Source of the DNA: the human T2T-CHM13v2.0 reference genome, Homo sapiens
Assembly: GCF_009914755.1 (NCBI RefSeq)
Contig: NC_060931.1
DNA: 64,000 nt
Strand: one strand, 5' to 3'
Shown here: in pieces, positions 1 through 18,571 of the stretch
Layout: each line of letters starts with the position of its first letter
Position numbering within the stretch: the first letter of the stretch is position 1
The notes under the pieces: generated by a model
Told to the model about the DNA's origin: nothing
The model's database searches: none
The model's input: the letters and a program-made list of their open reading frames with translations, nothing else
Program-made: the position numbers and the translations under genes

Positions 1-156
1 GGAAGGGTCTAAGCTGGGCCTCTAATGACAACTCCTGGAGCACCAGGAAGGGTGCTACCAGAAAGACTGAATTCAGAACCCACTGCTGTAGCAATAACCC
101 CAGGATCAGAAGCTGCTGCCATTACTGCTGCTATAATTGCCTCCCAACGAAAGGAG
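1..156 (-). other. Candidate exon of an unidentified minus-strand gene (3' part runs off the window)
   Basis: Minus strand reads GTGTTTTTTTGTTTTTCGTTTTCCCCCAG|CTCCTTTCG, a long polypyrimidine tract plus CAG (AG at 158-157). The downstream sequence is non-repetitive. All three frames stop within the window (longest: SFRWEAIIAAVMAAASDPG...GPA*), so it would be a UTR or terminal exon. Confidence 0.45.
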
Positions 157-887
157 CTGGGGGAAAACGAAAAACAAAAAAACACTGGAATGTGATTGGG
201 GAGAAAACACAAAAATTTATATTTCCATACCCTGTCACTATCAATAAAAGCAAAAAGGTGTGTGAAAATGGCCTCTCACTTCTGTTTTCTACATGGGATA
301 CAAAGCCATTTACTCTGCACTGCAAAATCCTAGTTGCAAAGAAGTCTTGGTGTACATGAAGGCAACTAGAAGTGAGGTGGATGAACATTAAGAGAGACTT
401 CTTCCTTCCCCTCTGTTACCAAAATCTTGTATATCCATTTCAAGGATCAGTTCAAATATTGTATCCTCCAGGAAACAGCAAGCAATGTCAATGGTAGATC
501 TTTATGCTTCCTAATCACCCTTAACCCACATTGCAGAGATGGTCAATATGCAGTTTACTTAGCCATACCCTGCCTTCCTACACCTCTAGTGGTCATCCCA
601 CTTGAATTTCAAGATTAAAGCACAAGATTTACTCAGCCTGGAATTGGCCTCAGAATCCTTCTTACCACAATACTCAAGTCAGCCTTAATCAACTGATGGG
701 AGATGATGCTTCAGATAAGCCCTGTTTGCAAGCCCTGAAGTCTATTCTTCAGGCATCTAGACAGCTTTTGATTAAATATATTAGATAGCAATTCTGACTT
801 GATCGTTCCCTAACCTCAAAGCATGATGGTCTGAAATAAGGATACTGGTGGATTTGTGTGTTGCAGGGGGCGGGAAGTAAATAGTCC

Positions 888-1035
888 TGAATCATAGATT
901 TTAGATCTGGAAATGGCTTCAAGAAATACCTTGGTACAGCTCTTTGTCTGTAGGCAGGAAAGCTTTTATATCTGAGTTTAAAAATGAATAAACTGAGGGC
1001 CAGAGAAATTAAGTAACTTTCTGAGTTTACACAGA
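888..1035 (-). mobile_element. MIR (MIR3-like) SINE fragment
   Basis: GAATCATAGATTTTAGATCTGGAA and AAACTGAGGGCCAGAGAAATTAAGTAACTT match the MIR core. Confidence 0.65.
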
Positions 1036-1581
1036 TATATTTTGTTATCTGATAACAGCATATTACACTTCAAGATGGAATTACTAATGAATCTACTTCT
1101 CTCATCTTTTGTGCTTCTTTATTATTGATAATTCATCACAGTCTATAAAATACAAATTTAGTAACTGAGTTTTTCTCCTTTTCATTATCTTCGTTTCTAC
1201 CAGGAAATAATCACAAATGGCAACAAAACAAAACAAAAAAATACCTAGCATAAGAGTACAGGTTGTAGAATACTGTTTATTACCATGTTCAACCTTGAGA
1301 AAAATTGCAAAATAGGTGAAATTTATCTAAATTGACTTCTGTCTTTAAGTATGTCTTTTTTCCTTCCTGTAGGTTCCTAAGACTTTTATGAATATTTAAG
1401 GTTTCCCACAGGCTCTTTATCCCTGGAGAACTGTCTTATACCTAGAGCTTTTTCATTTACATATTTTCTATTCATCAGGGCACTCATCACCTTTATGAGC
1501 TACTAACCTAAAACTGATGAAGTAACAAGAGTTTTGTGTACCTTTGCCTTGCCATAATCTACATCTTACTGACTTCTCCTG

Positions 1582-2117
1582 ATAAAAAATTGCCACCAAC
1601 TTAGTGCCATAAAATAACACAATTTATTATCTTACAGTTCTGTAGGTCACAAGTCTGGTGTGGGCCTCACCAGCCCAAAATCAAGGTGCTGGCAGGCTGT
1701 GCTCCTTCTGGAGGCTTTAAGGGGGAATTATTTCCTGCTTGTGGGGTTGTTGAAAAATTTGATTCCTTGTAGTTGTAGAGCTGAGGTCCTGGTTTTCTTG
1801 CTGTCTGTCAGCTGAATGCTGATCCCAGGTTCTACAAGCTGCTATGTTCCCTAGCTCATGGTTCGCTTCCTCCACCTTTAAAGTCTGCAATGGTGAATGG
1901 AGACCTTCTCACATCACAGTTCTCTGAGCTACTCTTCTCCTTTTAAGGGCTCATATGATGAGATTAATCCAACTCAAATAATTCAGGATAATCATCTCAC
2001 CTCCAGGTTGTAACCTTACTTATTCACATCTGCACAGTCCCTTTTGCCATATTTGCTAACTTTATTTACAGAACTAGGACATTGACACCTTTGGGAGGCC
2101 GTATTCTGCCTACCACA
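1582..2117 (-). mobile_element. ERVL-MaLR solo LTR (MLT1D/E-like)
   Basis: Ends in TTCTGCCTACCACA (reverse complement of the MLT1 start TGTGGTAGGCAGAA). Internal TTTATTATCTTACAGTTCTG and AAAATCAAGGTGCTGGCAGG motifs. Confidence 0.85.
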
Positions 2118-3074
2118 CCTGGCTTCCATAGCATAATCACATCTTGATCCAGTTTCCCTCTTTATTTATTGCCTTCCTTCCTTCTTTCCTTTTATCCTTC
2201 TTAACACACGATTGAGCATCTACTATAATGATAAGTACTTACATAAGTGTGATGAATACAAAGATGACAACAGCATGACCCCTTTGTCATCTTTGTTACT
2301 CAAGTTACTGTCTGGTTGCTCTTCTCTTACTCTTCTGATTGCTTCTTTTTTGTGTAATATCTTTCTTCTACCCCAAGGCAGAATTTGGAATCTGTCACAT
2401 GGAGCCTGTCAGTGTCCTATCCTGAATAACTCATTTAGTGCTAAGATTGCCTGCATATGAATCTATTTATACACATATCTCAGATTCTACTTCTCTTTTT
2501 CAGACCTCTCTCCTGAATTCCACTTATACACCTTCAGGTGGACATTTAAATTTACTCCATAATCACCTCCAACTCAGTTAGGATGGAACTTATCATTATG
2601 CTTCAGACTTTCTTCTTTCTTTAAGAAGCTCAAAAATTCTCCTAGTCACAAAGGTAGAAAACTTTTCAATGAGTCTTAACTGCCCCTTCGTCTTATTTTT
2701 GTAACAGGGATGCTATTTGGGGGAGGGGGGTATTAAACTTATATATTTATCTTTGGTAATACCTAATTACTAGTTGTCCCACAGCTCTCATATCCAGAGC
2801 CAAGTAGGGTCAACTTCTGTCATAGAGTTTTCGCCATAGAACAAGAAAGATTTACCTTCTGCCTCTGATGGGGAGGCTGTGGAAATCTGCCCTAGAGTAG
2901 AAGAGAGATAAGACGTGGCAGAGTTCAAGTTGAGACAAAGGTCAAAGGAAGATGCAATTCATTCTGGGAGTATGAGGAAGAGAAGGAGCAAATCAGTAGC
3001 AGGAAGGCAAGTGGTCAGATTCTCCTTTGCACTAACGTTCTGGAGTGAAATTAGGAACAAGGGGGAAACTACAA

Positions 3075-3310
3075 ACAGAGTGTTTTGCCCTTGAGTCAGA
3101 GCTGGCTAGAAGCTCACCAAACTTGCTTTTTCCTGAAAGACACCCAGACTACATTTCTTAGATTCTCTTGCAGTCAGTTGGCAGCCACATGACTAAGTTC
3201 CAGCCAATAGAATGTGGCAAAACTGATGGACTCATTACTTTCATCTGGGTCATTAAAACCCTCTGTGTGATCCTCCTGAATCTTTCCAAGCCAATGGAAA
3301 ACCCTCAGGT
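3075..3310 (+). mobile_element. Old ERVL/MaLR LTR fragment (LTR16/MLT1J-like)
   Basis: ACTACATTTC...TTGCAGT...CCACATGACTAAGTTCCAGCCAATAGAATGTG is a motif typical of these LTRs. Confidence 0.55.
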
Positions 3311-3317
3311 CCTCCGG

Positions 3318-3660
3318 CAAGGGCTCTTCACCTTTTTGAATCATTATGGATCCTTGCAGCAGTCCGGTGGAGCCTATGAACTCTTTTTAGAACAGTGTTT
3401 TTAAATGTATGAAATAAAAGCCAAAAGATTACAATTAAAACAGATTATTTTGAAACACAGTTAACAAAGTATCTTAAAATGCAAATCTGTGATACGGTAA
3501 TGTGTGTTCTTCTTTATTAATGTATTAAATTACAAGATCTAGTGGCAAGTATAATAACTACCATGTTTCCAACATGCTGATGATATAAAGAGATAGCCTT
3601 GATACCTGAAGTGTGAAAAAAAATCTGTGATTTATTTCAATGACAAAGTTGCAGGCTTAG
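3318..3660 (+). mobile_element. hAT-Charlie DNA transposon relic (Charlie4-like)
   Basis: CAAGGGCTCTTCACCTTTTT terminal-like start. GGTGGAGCCTATGAAC and TTAAATTACAAGATCTAGTGG match the recalled Charlie4 consensus. Confidence 0.6.
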
Positions 3661-5046
3661 CAGACATCTTTCAGTTAACAAAGGTCACAGGACTTGCCCA
3701 GCCACCTTTGCGGCTTAGACTAGTATGTGAATCTGAGACCCCATCTCCTTTATTGCCTTTGGATCACATAAATCCTCCCCAGCCTTGCCTCGTATTCGCA
3801 GATGTTATCCTGGGGTGCAGCAGGATGAAGGGGGAGAATCTCAGAGTTTGAGCCATAAACCTGAAATAGACCGAATTACTTAAAAGGGGGAACTATTTAA
3901 AGCTGAAGAGAATGAAATAATGTCACCAGGCAAATTTAACCTTTCTGACTCTTCAGTGGGGTGGGGTGGAACTTAACTGTGAAATTTTGATCAACAGGAG
4001 ACACTAAAGGAGCCGGATATGATGTAGGGAAAACTTCTGCCACTTAAAAATGAGAGAAAGCCTGGCTTTTGTGCCCCCCACCTTCCACATGGGAAAAGTA
4101 GAGAAAAGAAGGAAAGTGATGTAGAGGAAGAAGCAAAGTAGGAGAGGCATAGGTCATAGCTTCCAACTCTGGGCTGAAATTTGCAGATATAGGGATGTGG
4201 GCTGGGTTGAGAAGAAAGAGGCTTTTGCTGTGATTCTAATTGGAATGCGGAGGCCATGCAAAGTAGCCTCTTTCGAACCTGGAGGGTCCAGAAAGGTAGA
4301 GATGTTGGTAAGAATGGTTAAGGAGAGGGCTATTGTTACTCTTCCTCAGTTCCCATGTGATGTGCAGGCACTCAGAAATTTCTGCATGCTTCATGGGACA
4401 ATGTGAAGAATAGCTGATTGGGGAGCTGGTAGTCTTGTTTAGGGACTGTTGTAGGGAAGGGTTAGGTGACAATACTCACGTGAAACTACTCACAGAACTC
4501 ATTTTTTTCAAGGGCAGGAAAAAAATAACAGACACTTAATAGAGGATTACAGCAATGGCTATAGTCATGATGGAACAGAGTCAGCAAGAGAAGACCACTG
4601 CGTGTGAATCAGTAAAGAGAATAACCTGCAAGTTCCTCAGGCATCCCTCAGCAGACCTGAGTGCAAAAGGATCAGGGACCTGCCCAGCCACACCTCAGCA
4701 GAGAGCAGCTAGGACTTAGATGACTATTCACAGCTCCAACTCCATCATTGCCATGATATCACATGAATCTGAACCTCTCTGACAATGAGAGGCCACCATG
4801 GAGAGGAGCAGTGGAAGAGAGAGAGAATCTGAAGGAAGCAGTTTTCAAAAGAGATAGAGTTATTGCTAAGTGATTTTATAACAGAAAGACTAAGACACTT
4901 AAATGTTTAAGCTTTCTTGACCCCAGATTCATACTTAGGGTAATGGGGTCTCATGAGGAAGATGATTGGTTATGAAAATAAAGAAACAGGATTTTTTTCC
5001 TTATATGCATAATTTGTACATTTGAAGCCCTCTTACATTTCTCCTT

Positions 5047-5543
5047 TGGTGGTAAGAGAGCTTGCAAAAAATGGCCCAAATTCTCCATTGCTCTCTGTAT
5101 CGACTTTGTATCATAAAGTTGCAGCTCCTCCCATGAAAAAGTTGAGTCTACTTTTTGAATCCAGACAGGACTTGTGACTTTCTTTGGCCAAAAGAACACA
5201 GCAGAAATCATGATGCACTGGTTTGAAGCCCATGCCTCAGGAGGTCTTTCATTGCTTTCCTGGACTTCTACTGTCAGCATGAGAGCCAGCTCTGGCCAGC
5301 ATGCTGCAGAAGAGAGACCTTATGAGGAGGACTCAGGCCATCTCAAATGAGGTCATCCTAGACCAGCCAGCCTCCAGCTGACCTAACAGATGGCTCATGG
5401 GTGAGCCCAGCTTAGATCAGCCAAGCCTGTCCCAGATGAACAGAATCTTCCAGCCAACTCACAGATTCATTAAGCCACTAAATTTTCATTTAAGCCACTA
5501 CATTTTGGGGTGGTTTGTTATGCACCAAGAGCTAACTGATAAA
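5047..5543 (+). mobile_element. ERVL-MaLR solo LTR (MLT1G/H-like)
   Basis: AAAATGGCCCAAATTC start, GACTTGTGACTTTCTTTGGCCAA, and the canonical end AAGCCACTACATTTTGGGGTGGTTTGTTATGCAC...AACTGATA. Confidence 0.85.
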
Positions 5544-6244
5544 CCTACAGAAGTAATAATATATCCTATTGCCTCTTCTCTTTCTGTCATATGTCACAAT
5601 AACCACTTTATCTTCTTACCTTTCAGGCTTTTTCCTCTCCAAACCACCTTGCAGCCCTGAGGTAGACCAAGCCTTCTGCATGCTTCTTTCTTTTCCCTTA
5701 AGCCCTGAGGGTCAAAATAACAATAGTACTTGACACCAAGTCACTCACTGATTTTATTTCCTGGAATACAGTTCCTTCCTTTTGCTATAACCCCCAGTAT
5801 TTGATCTTCCTCAGTCACTGCAGTAGCTGCCACCCTGAAGCTCTCCTGGGAACACCTTCCCAACTGAGGCCCAGGATGCAGATTGCTGGTCTGGCATGCT
5901 TTCTGTACCACTCTCTACCCATCCTGTCCTGGAGGGGATTTTTATCTACGCTTATTTGGAGGGTCTTTTCAGTGGCTATCTCTCAACCTTGGGTCATCCA
6001 GCCTTCTCATGGTTATAGTGCTCTAAGGTCTTCAAAAGGATGCTTGTATTTTTAATCTCTTAGCTCCAATGATCAAGAAAGAACAAGAAGAAAGGACTGG
6101 ATATACAGTGGAATATATTTAACCTTAACAGGAATGAAATTCCTATAATGCTGCAACATGGATGAACCTCGAAAACATTGTGCTAAGTGAAACAAGCCAG
6201 ACACAAAAGACCACATATTGTATGATTTCACTTATATGAAGTAC

Positions 6245-6963
<719 letters not shown>

Positions 6964-7634
6964 GGTACCTGGAATAGTCAAATACACCAAGACAGAAGGT
7001 AGAACAGTGATTCCTAGGAGTTGGGGGAAGGGAGGAGTAGGGAGTTTTTTAATGTGTATAAAGTTCAGTATGGGATGATGGAAAAGTTCGACAGCTGCAT
7101 AGTAGTGATGGCTGCACAATAATGTGAATGTACTTAAAGCCGCTGAACTTTACACTTAATAGTTAAAATGGCAAATTTTATGTTACATATATTTTACTAA
7201 ATAAAAATGTAAAATAAAAAGAACCACAATGGGGTTCCACTTTATATGCATTAGAATTGCTATAATAAAAAATTTTAATGAAGGTGGGACAAAGAGGTTT
7301 TCAGCACAATCTTCGAACTCTCCAAAACTTGGCATGTGTCTCTAACCTCACTCCTAGAATCCTTGAGACTTTACTTTCCTTCTGAGCTTGAGAGTCTTAC
7401 TCTGTGTTTTGATGCGAGTCCTCTGTCTTATTTCAGGCTTTTCCATCTCTTAAGTCCTTCTATCTTTTAAGGTCTAGTTCAAATCCCATTTGCTATATGA
7501 AAACCTCTCTGATCACCACCCTAATCTTTCTGTCCTTTGAGCTATCCTTGATCTTATTGTTTGTGCCATTATTTATCCCTTTTCATAAATAGTTTAATAT
7601 TATTTAAAATGTTTTTAATAGTTTTTAAATATAT

Positions 7635-8190
<556 letters not shown>

Positions 8191-8447
8191 AATAGTTCTT
8201 TATGTATTTGCACATTGATACCCATATCAACATCTATTTATTGGGTGCTAGATTCTCTCAATCCAACTAATCAATACATACCTTAAAAAATAAGAGACGG
8301 AATTTTTTGTCTCTTGGGTTCTCTTATAGTAGCTAATATAGAACTCTGCACATATTGTTTGCTCAGTAATTGTTGATCCATCATTTAATTCTATGTTGTT
8401 CTGGCCAACATAGCCTTGACAGGGCTTTTCTGAGGAAAATGCCTAAT

Positions 8448-8676
8448 CAAGTGTTTCTCAACCTGATTTTCTTCATTGTATCCCCCTGACCCAGGAAACT
8501 TTACAGACTTTTTTTTTTTGCTAATCATCTCCCCTATGAAATTTTACTACTACAGATAGGCAGTCTGTCTGTACAGAATTTCTATACAGCCATACACAAA
8601 AAGAGCAAGAATTTTTCCCCCAAGAACCAATCCCCCGCACACCTGAAGGGAATATTATCCCCATTGAGAATGCATG
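8448..8676. mobile_element. hAT-Charlie non-autonomous element (MER112-like)
   Basis: Imperfect terminal inverted repeats CAAGTGTTTCTCAA ... TTGAGAATGCATG, ~230 bp. Confidence 0.5.
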
Positions 8677-10259
8677 TCTTAACCCTTCATGACCTTCAGC
8701 AAGGCAGTGGGGAAGATGTTTGGGTGGTTCTCCAGGCATTTCAGGCTCCTCAAAGCACAGCACCATAGAGGTCTTTCTGTTCCACCTCCCTGAGTACCTA
8801 AAAACCCTGCTTTTTCTTTGTTTCTTTTCTTTTCTTTTTTTTTTCTCCGTGATTATTGCTTTTGGTGGTAGTTTTCTGCATTCACAGGTGAGGACAGAAA
8901 CTGAAAATACCCTCTCTAAAATGTACTACTTTCTCTACATCTCACAGTTGTTGGGTTATTAACTTATTTGCTTATTTTGGGGGAGGGGAATAAGCATCTG
9001 TAATCGACACAGGAAATATACAACGTTGCCGCTTCTCTTTAGGTGCATAGCACCACTTGAAAAGGACAGAGCACAGTATATAGGATGGAAGACTGCCACT
9101 AGGGCATATGGTGCTTTGTTTGAAATAGAAAAAGGTGCCCCTTCCTTCAGGTCCCACAGCCCTAGCAGTGTGCACAGTCAGCCTGCACTTGAGCTCCCTT
9201 GTCTGGGTAACTTTATGGAGGGAACCACCTGCACACCTTCAAACAGTAACACCTGACTAAACAAACATACAAATATGGGAATTCATATGTTTAAAACATA
9301 TTTTAAAATATATTTAAAACATACTTTAAATACTGTGAAACAGTTATGCCCTGTGTAGCCACAAGCTCCTTTTCCCATCTTATTGACTGCAGGGTTTGGA
9401 TTTGGGAAAGACAAGATACTTCTCTTTGCTTGGACATGGTGTGCAACTGGCATAGGTCCCATGTTGGAGTGTGGGAGCATCCGGAGAGAGAGCATTTCTA
9501 AAGTGAATGCCAGACAAGTCGTCATGTAGAACACATATCTCTCGGGACACTTTTCCCGGAATTTTCATTGCGTTTTTCCCTCTCTAATCTGGGCTTCCCA
9601 TCTGAACGTTTAAATTTTAGGTCAGATTAAAACATTCCATCAAACTTCAATAATTGTTAATTTGAAAATACATTTTCATAAAACTAAACACAAACGTTTT
9701 TTTTCTTTTCCCAGTTACTAGTAATCAAAAAGTTCTGTTTTATAAAGCTTAAAGTTGGAATTTCCACCAAATATCTGATTTTCTACTGTTGCCATATTTT
9801 CACTTCAAGTAGAAATAACTATCTATATTACCAATATCATTGCATCACATAAATTAGGAAAAATTTGTATGGCTTCTGATAGAATAAAGTAATACTAGCA
9901 GTTTATTTTTGATTGCTCTGAAGTATCCTATAAATGACTTAACAAACTCCCTAAAGTATTACTAACATGATTCTTAATGGAAAATATGTAAATGTCTCTG
10001 TGGATAAGCATTGTAACTTAAAAATATAGACTTCAAAATACCAGTGGGTAAACATCTTAAATATGTATCAGGTTTTTCAGATTGCTTAAGCTTTTTTAAG
10101 GCTTGTTGTTATAGAAGAATTGATGAAGATAACTGAAGATTATGAGCTTAATTTGAGATTCATAAATATCTGATTTATATTTCAGGAAATACAGGAAAAT
10201 TCTTTTCTTTTCTCATCAGTATCTAAAGTTCTTAAAAAGTTATCCACATTGCAGGGAGG

Positions 10260-10270
10260 CAAGATGGCCG
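10260..10270 (+). promoter_or_regulatory. YY1 site of the L1 internal promoter
   Basis: CAAGATGGCCG at the L1 5' end. This is the established YY1 element that positions L1 transcription start. Confidence 0.75.
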
Positions 10271-11563
10271 AATAGGAACAGCAAGGGTCTATAGCTCCCA
10301 AAGAGACAAATGCAGAAGGCAGGTGATTTCTGCACTTCCAACTGAGGTACCCGATTCATCTCACTGGGACTGGTTAGACAGTGGGTGCAGCACATGGAAG
10401 GCGAGCAGAGGCAGGGTGGGCCATCGCCTCACCTGGGAAGCACAAGGAATCGGGGAACTCCCTCCGCTAGCCAAGGGAAGCCATGAGGGACTGTGCCATG
10501 AAGGACGGTGCTATCCGGCCCAGATACTATGCTTTTCCCATGGTCTTCACAACCTGCAGACCAGAAGATTCCCTCGGGTGCCTACACCACCAGAGCCCTG
10601 GATTTCAAGCACAAAGCTGGGAGGTCATTTCAGCAGACACCAAGCTAGCAGCAGGAGTTTTTTTCGTTCCCCAGTGGTACCTGGAACTACAGCGAGACAG
10701 AACTGCTCACTCCCCTGTAAAGGGGGCTGAATCCAGGGAGCCAAATGGTCTTGCTCAGTGGATCCCACCCCCATGAAGCCCAGCAAGCTAAGATCCACTG
10801 GCTTGAAATTCTTGTGGCCAGCACAGCAGTCTGAAGTTGACCTGGGGTGCTCGAGCTTGGTGGGGAGAAGGGTGTCCACCATTACTGAGGCTTAAGTAGG
10901 CGGTTTTCCCCTCACAGTGGAAACAAAGCCGCAGGGAGGTTCAAACTGGGTGTGGAACCCACCACAGCACTCCAAAGCCGCTGTAGACAGACTGCCTCTC
11001 TAGATTCCTCCTCTCTGGGCAGGGCATCTCTGAAAGAAAGGCAGCAGCCCTACTCAGGGGCTTAGAGATAAAACTCCCATCTCCCTGGAACAGAGCACCT
11101 GGGGGAAGGGGCAGCTGTGGGCCCACCTTCAGCAAACTTAAACGTTTCTGCCTGCTAGCACTGAAGAGAGCAGTGGATCTCCTAGCACAGACTGCCTCCT
11201 CAAGTGGGTCCCTGACCCCCCATGCCTCCTGACTGGGAGACACCTCCCAGCAGGGGTCGACAGACACCTCATACAGGAAAGCTCCAGCTGGCATCTGGTG
11301 CATGCCCTTCTGGGATAAAGCTTCCAGAGGAAGGAGCAGGCAGCAATCATTGCTGTTCTGCAGCCTCTGCTGGTCATACCCCAGGAAACAGGGTCTGGAG
11401 TGGAACTCCAGCAAACTCCAGCAGACCTGCAGCAGAGGGGCCTGACTGTTAGAAGGAAAACTAACAAACAGAAAGCAATAGCATCAACATCAACAAAAAG
11501 GACGCCCACGCAAAAACCCCATCAGAAGGTCATCAAAAACCAAAGGTAGATAAATCCACGAAG

Positions 11564-12590
11564 ATGAGGAAAAACCAGCACAAAAAGTCTGAAAATTCCA
11601 AAAACCAGAACAACTCTTCTCCTCCGAAGGATCACAACTACTCGCCGGCAAGGGAACAAAACTGGATGGAGAATGAGTTTGACAAATTGACAGAAGTAGG
11701 TTTCAGAAGGTGGGTGATAACAAACTCCTCCCCGCTAAAGGAGCATGTTCTAGCCCAATGCAAGGAAGCTAAGAACCTTTATAAATGGTTACAGGAACTG
11801 CTAACTAGAATAACCAGTTTAGACAAGACCATAAATGACCTGATGGAGCTAAAAAACACAGCACAAGAACTTTGTGAAGCATATACAAGTATCAATAGCT
11901 GAATCGATCAAGCAGATGAAAGGATATCAGAGATTGAAGAGCAACTTAATGAAATAAAGCATGAAGACAAGATTAGAGAAAAAAAATGAAAAGGAATGAA
12001 AAAAGCCTCCAAGAAATATGAGAGTATGTGAAAAGACTAAACCTATGTTGATTGGTGTACCTGAAAGTGACGGGGAGAATGGAACCAAGTTGGAAAACAC
12101 ACTTCAGGATATTATCCAGGAGAACTTCCCCAACCTAGAAAAACAGGACAACATTCAAATTCAGGAAATACAGAGAACACCACAAAGATACTCCTCAAGA
12201 AGAGCATCCCAAGACACATAATTGTCAGATTCACTTAGATTGAAATGAAGGAAAAAATGTTAAGGGCAGCCAGAGAGAAAGGTCAGGTTACCCGCAAAGG
12301 GAAGCCCATCAGACTAACAGCAGATCTCTCTGAAGAAGCCCTACAAGCCAGAAGAGAGTGGGGGTCAACATTCAACATTCTTAAAGAAAAGAATTTTCAA
12401 CCCAGAATTTCATATTCAGCCAAACTAAGCTTCCTAAGTGAAGGAGAAATAACACCCTTTACAGACAAGCAGATGCTGAGGGATTTTTGTCACCACCAGG
12501 CCTGTGTTACAAGAGCTCCTGAAGGAAGCACTACATATGGAAAGGAAAAACCGGTAGCAGCCACTACAAAAACATACCAAAATATAAAGA
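11564..12590 (+). pseudogene. L1 ORF1p remnant
   Basis: MRKNQHKKSENSKNQNNSSPPKDHN... and ...KGKPIRLTADLS...KEKNFQPRISY, broken by stops and frameshifts (ORFs 11564, 12018, 12245). Confidence 0.9.
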
Positions 12591-12650
12591 CCTTTGACCC
12601 AATGAAGAAACTGCATCAACTAATAGACAAAATAACCAGCTAGCATCATA

Positions 12651-16689
<4,039 letters not shown>

Positions 16690-17985
16690 ACAATGAGAAC
16701 ATTATGGGCACCGGGAAGGGAACATCACACACTGGGGCCGGACAGGGCATTGGGGGCAACAGGAGGGATAGCATTAGGAGAAATACCTAATGTAAATGAC
16801 GGGTTGACGGGTGCAGCAAACCACCACGGCACATGTATACCTAAGTAACAAACATGCATGTTCTGCACATGTATCCCAGAACTTAAAAAAAAAGTTATCC
16901 ATATTGTTTCAATATGTCTCATTTTATTTTGCCAATGTAAATTTTTTTTTTATCTCCACTCTCACTTGCAAAAAGAAATGTATATTTATTCTGGGAAATG
17001 AAACCAATGTATACAAATTCAAATACACACAATTAGCACAAGAATTCATCACAGTACATGATATTTTAAAGAAGTAAGTTTTTTTTAAGGTCATTAAAGT
17101 AATAGTTGATGAGAATAACCAATTTAGAGAGTGACATAAATGACCTGATTGAGCTGAAAAACACAGCATGAGAACTCCATGAAGCATATACAAATATCAA
17201 TAGCTGAATTGACTAGGTGGAAGAAAGAATATCAAAGTTTGAAGACCACCTTGATGAAACAAGGCATGCTGACAAGATTAGAGAAAAAAAATAAAAAGGA
17301 ATGAACAAAGCCTCGTGAAATATGGGACTATGTAAAAAAACTGAACCTACGATTGATTAGAGTACCTGAAGGAGACAGGGAGAATGGAAACAAGCTGGAA
17401 AACACACTGCAGGATATTACCCAGGAGAACTTAACCAACCTAGCAAAACAGGCCAACATTCAAATTCAGGAAATACAGAGAACACCACTGAGATACTCCA
17501 TGAGAAGATCAATCCCAAGACACATAATCATCAGATTCTCCAAGGTCGAAATGAAGGAAAAACTGTTAAGGGCAGCCAGAGAAAAAGGCCAGGTCACCTA
17601 CAAAGAGAAGCCCATCAGACTAACAGCGGACCTCTCAGCAGAAACCCTACAAGCCAGAAGAGAGTGGGGGCCGATATTCAACATTTCTAAAGAAATGAAT
17701 TTTCAACCCTGAATTTCATATCCAGCCAAACTAAGCTTCATAAGTGAAGGAGAAATAAAATATTTTCCAGACAAGCAAATGCTGAGGGATTTCATCACCA
17801 CCAGGCCTGCCTTGCAAGAGTTCCTGAAGTAAGCACTAAATATGGGGAAAAAAAAGGTATCAGCCACTGCAAAAACACACCAAAATATGAAGACCAATGA
17901 CACTATGAAGACACTGCATCAACTAGTGTGCAAAACAACCAGATAGCATCATAATGACAAGATCAAATTCACACATAACGATATT

Positions 17986-18046
17986 AACCTTAAATGTAAA
18001 TGTAAACCTTAAATGTAAACCTTAAATGTAAACCTTAAATGTAAAC
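17986..18046 (+). repeat. 13-bp minisatellite (GTAAACCTTAAAT)x3.5 inside L1 ORF2
   Basis: Perfect units at 18002, 18015 and 18028, a partial unit at 18041, and the template AACCTTAAATGTAAA at 17986. Confidence 0.95.
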
Positions 18047-18281
18047 TAAATGCCCTAGTTAAAAGATGCAGACTGAATTAAAAAGTCAAGACCCGTTGGT
18101 GTGCTGTATTCAGGAGACCCATTTCACATGGAAAGACACACATAGGCTCAAAATAAAGGGATGGAGGAAAACTTACCAAGCAGATGGAAAGCAAAAAAAA
18201 AAAAAAAAAAAGCACGGTTTGCAATCCTAGTCTCTGACAAAACAGAGTTTAAATCAACAAAGATAAAAAAAAGACAAAAAA

Positions 18282-18571
18282 GGCCAGGCCTGGTGGCTCA
18301 CACCTGTAATCCCAGCACTTTGGGAGGCCGAGGCGGGTGGATCACGAGGTCAGGAGATCGAGACCATCCTGGCTAACATGGCGAAACCCCGTTTGTACTA
18401 AAAATGCAAAAAATTAGCCAGGCGTGGTGGCGGGCACCTGTAGTCCCAGCTACTCAGGAGGCTGAGGCAAGAGAATGACATGAACCTGGGAGTCAGAGCT
18501 TGCAGTGAGCCGAGATTGCACCACTGCACTCCAGCCTGGGCAACAGAGCAAGACTCTGTCTAAAAAAAAAA
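18282..18571 (+). mobile_element. AluY-like
   Basis: GGATCACGAGGTCAGGAGATCGAGACCATCCTGGCTAAC and GAGCTTGCAGTGAG. TSD AAAAAAAGACAAA. Confidence 0.92.

Noticed and set aside
1170-1410. Plus-strand acceptor-like tracts (CTACCAG at 1203, CCTGTAG at 1371)
   Set aside because: The donors are weak, there is no convincing coding frame, and such tracts are common in AT-rich introns.
17986-18046. Regular short repeats as a CRISPR-like array
   Set aside because: Head-to-tail units without spacers inside a primate L1: a simple minisatellite.
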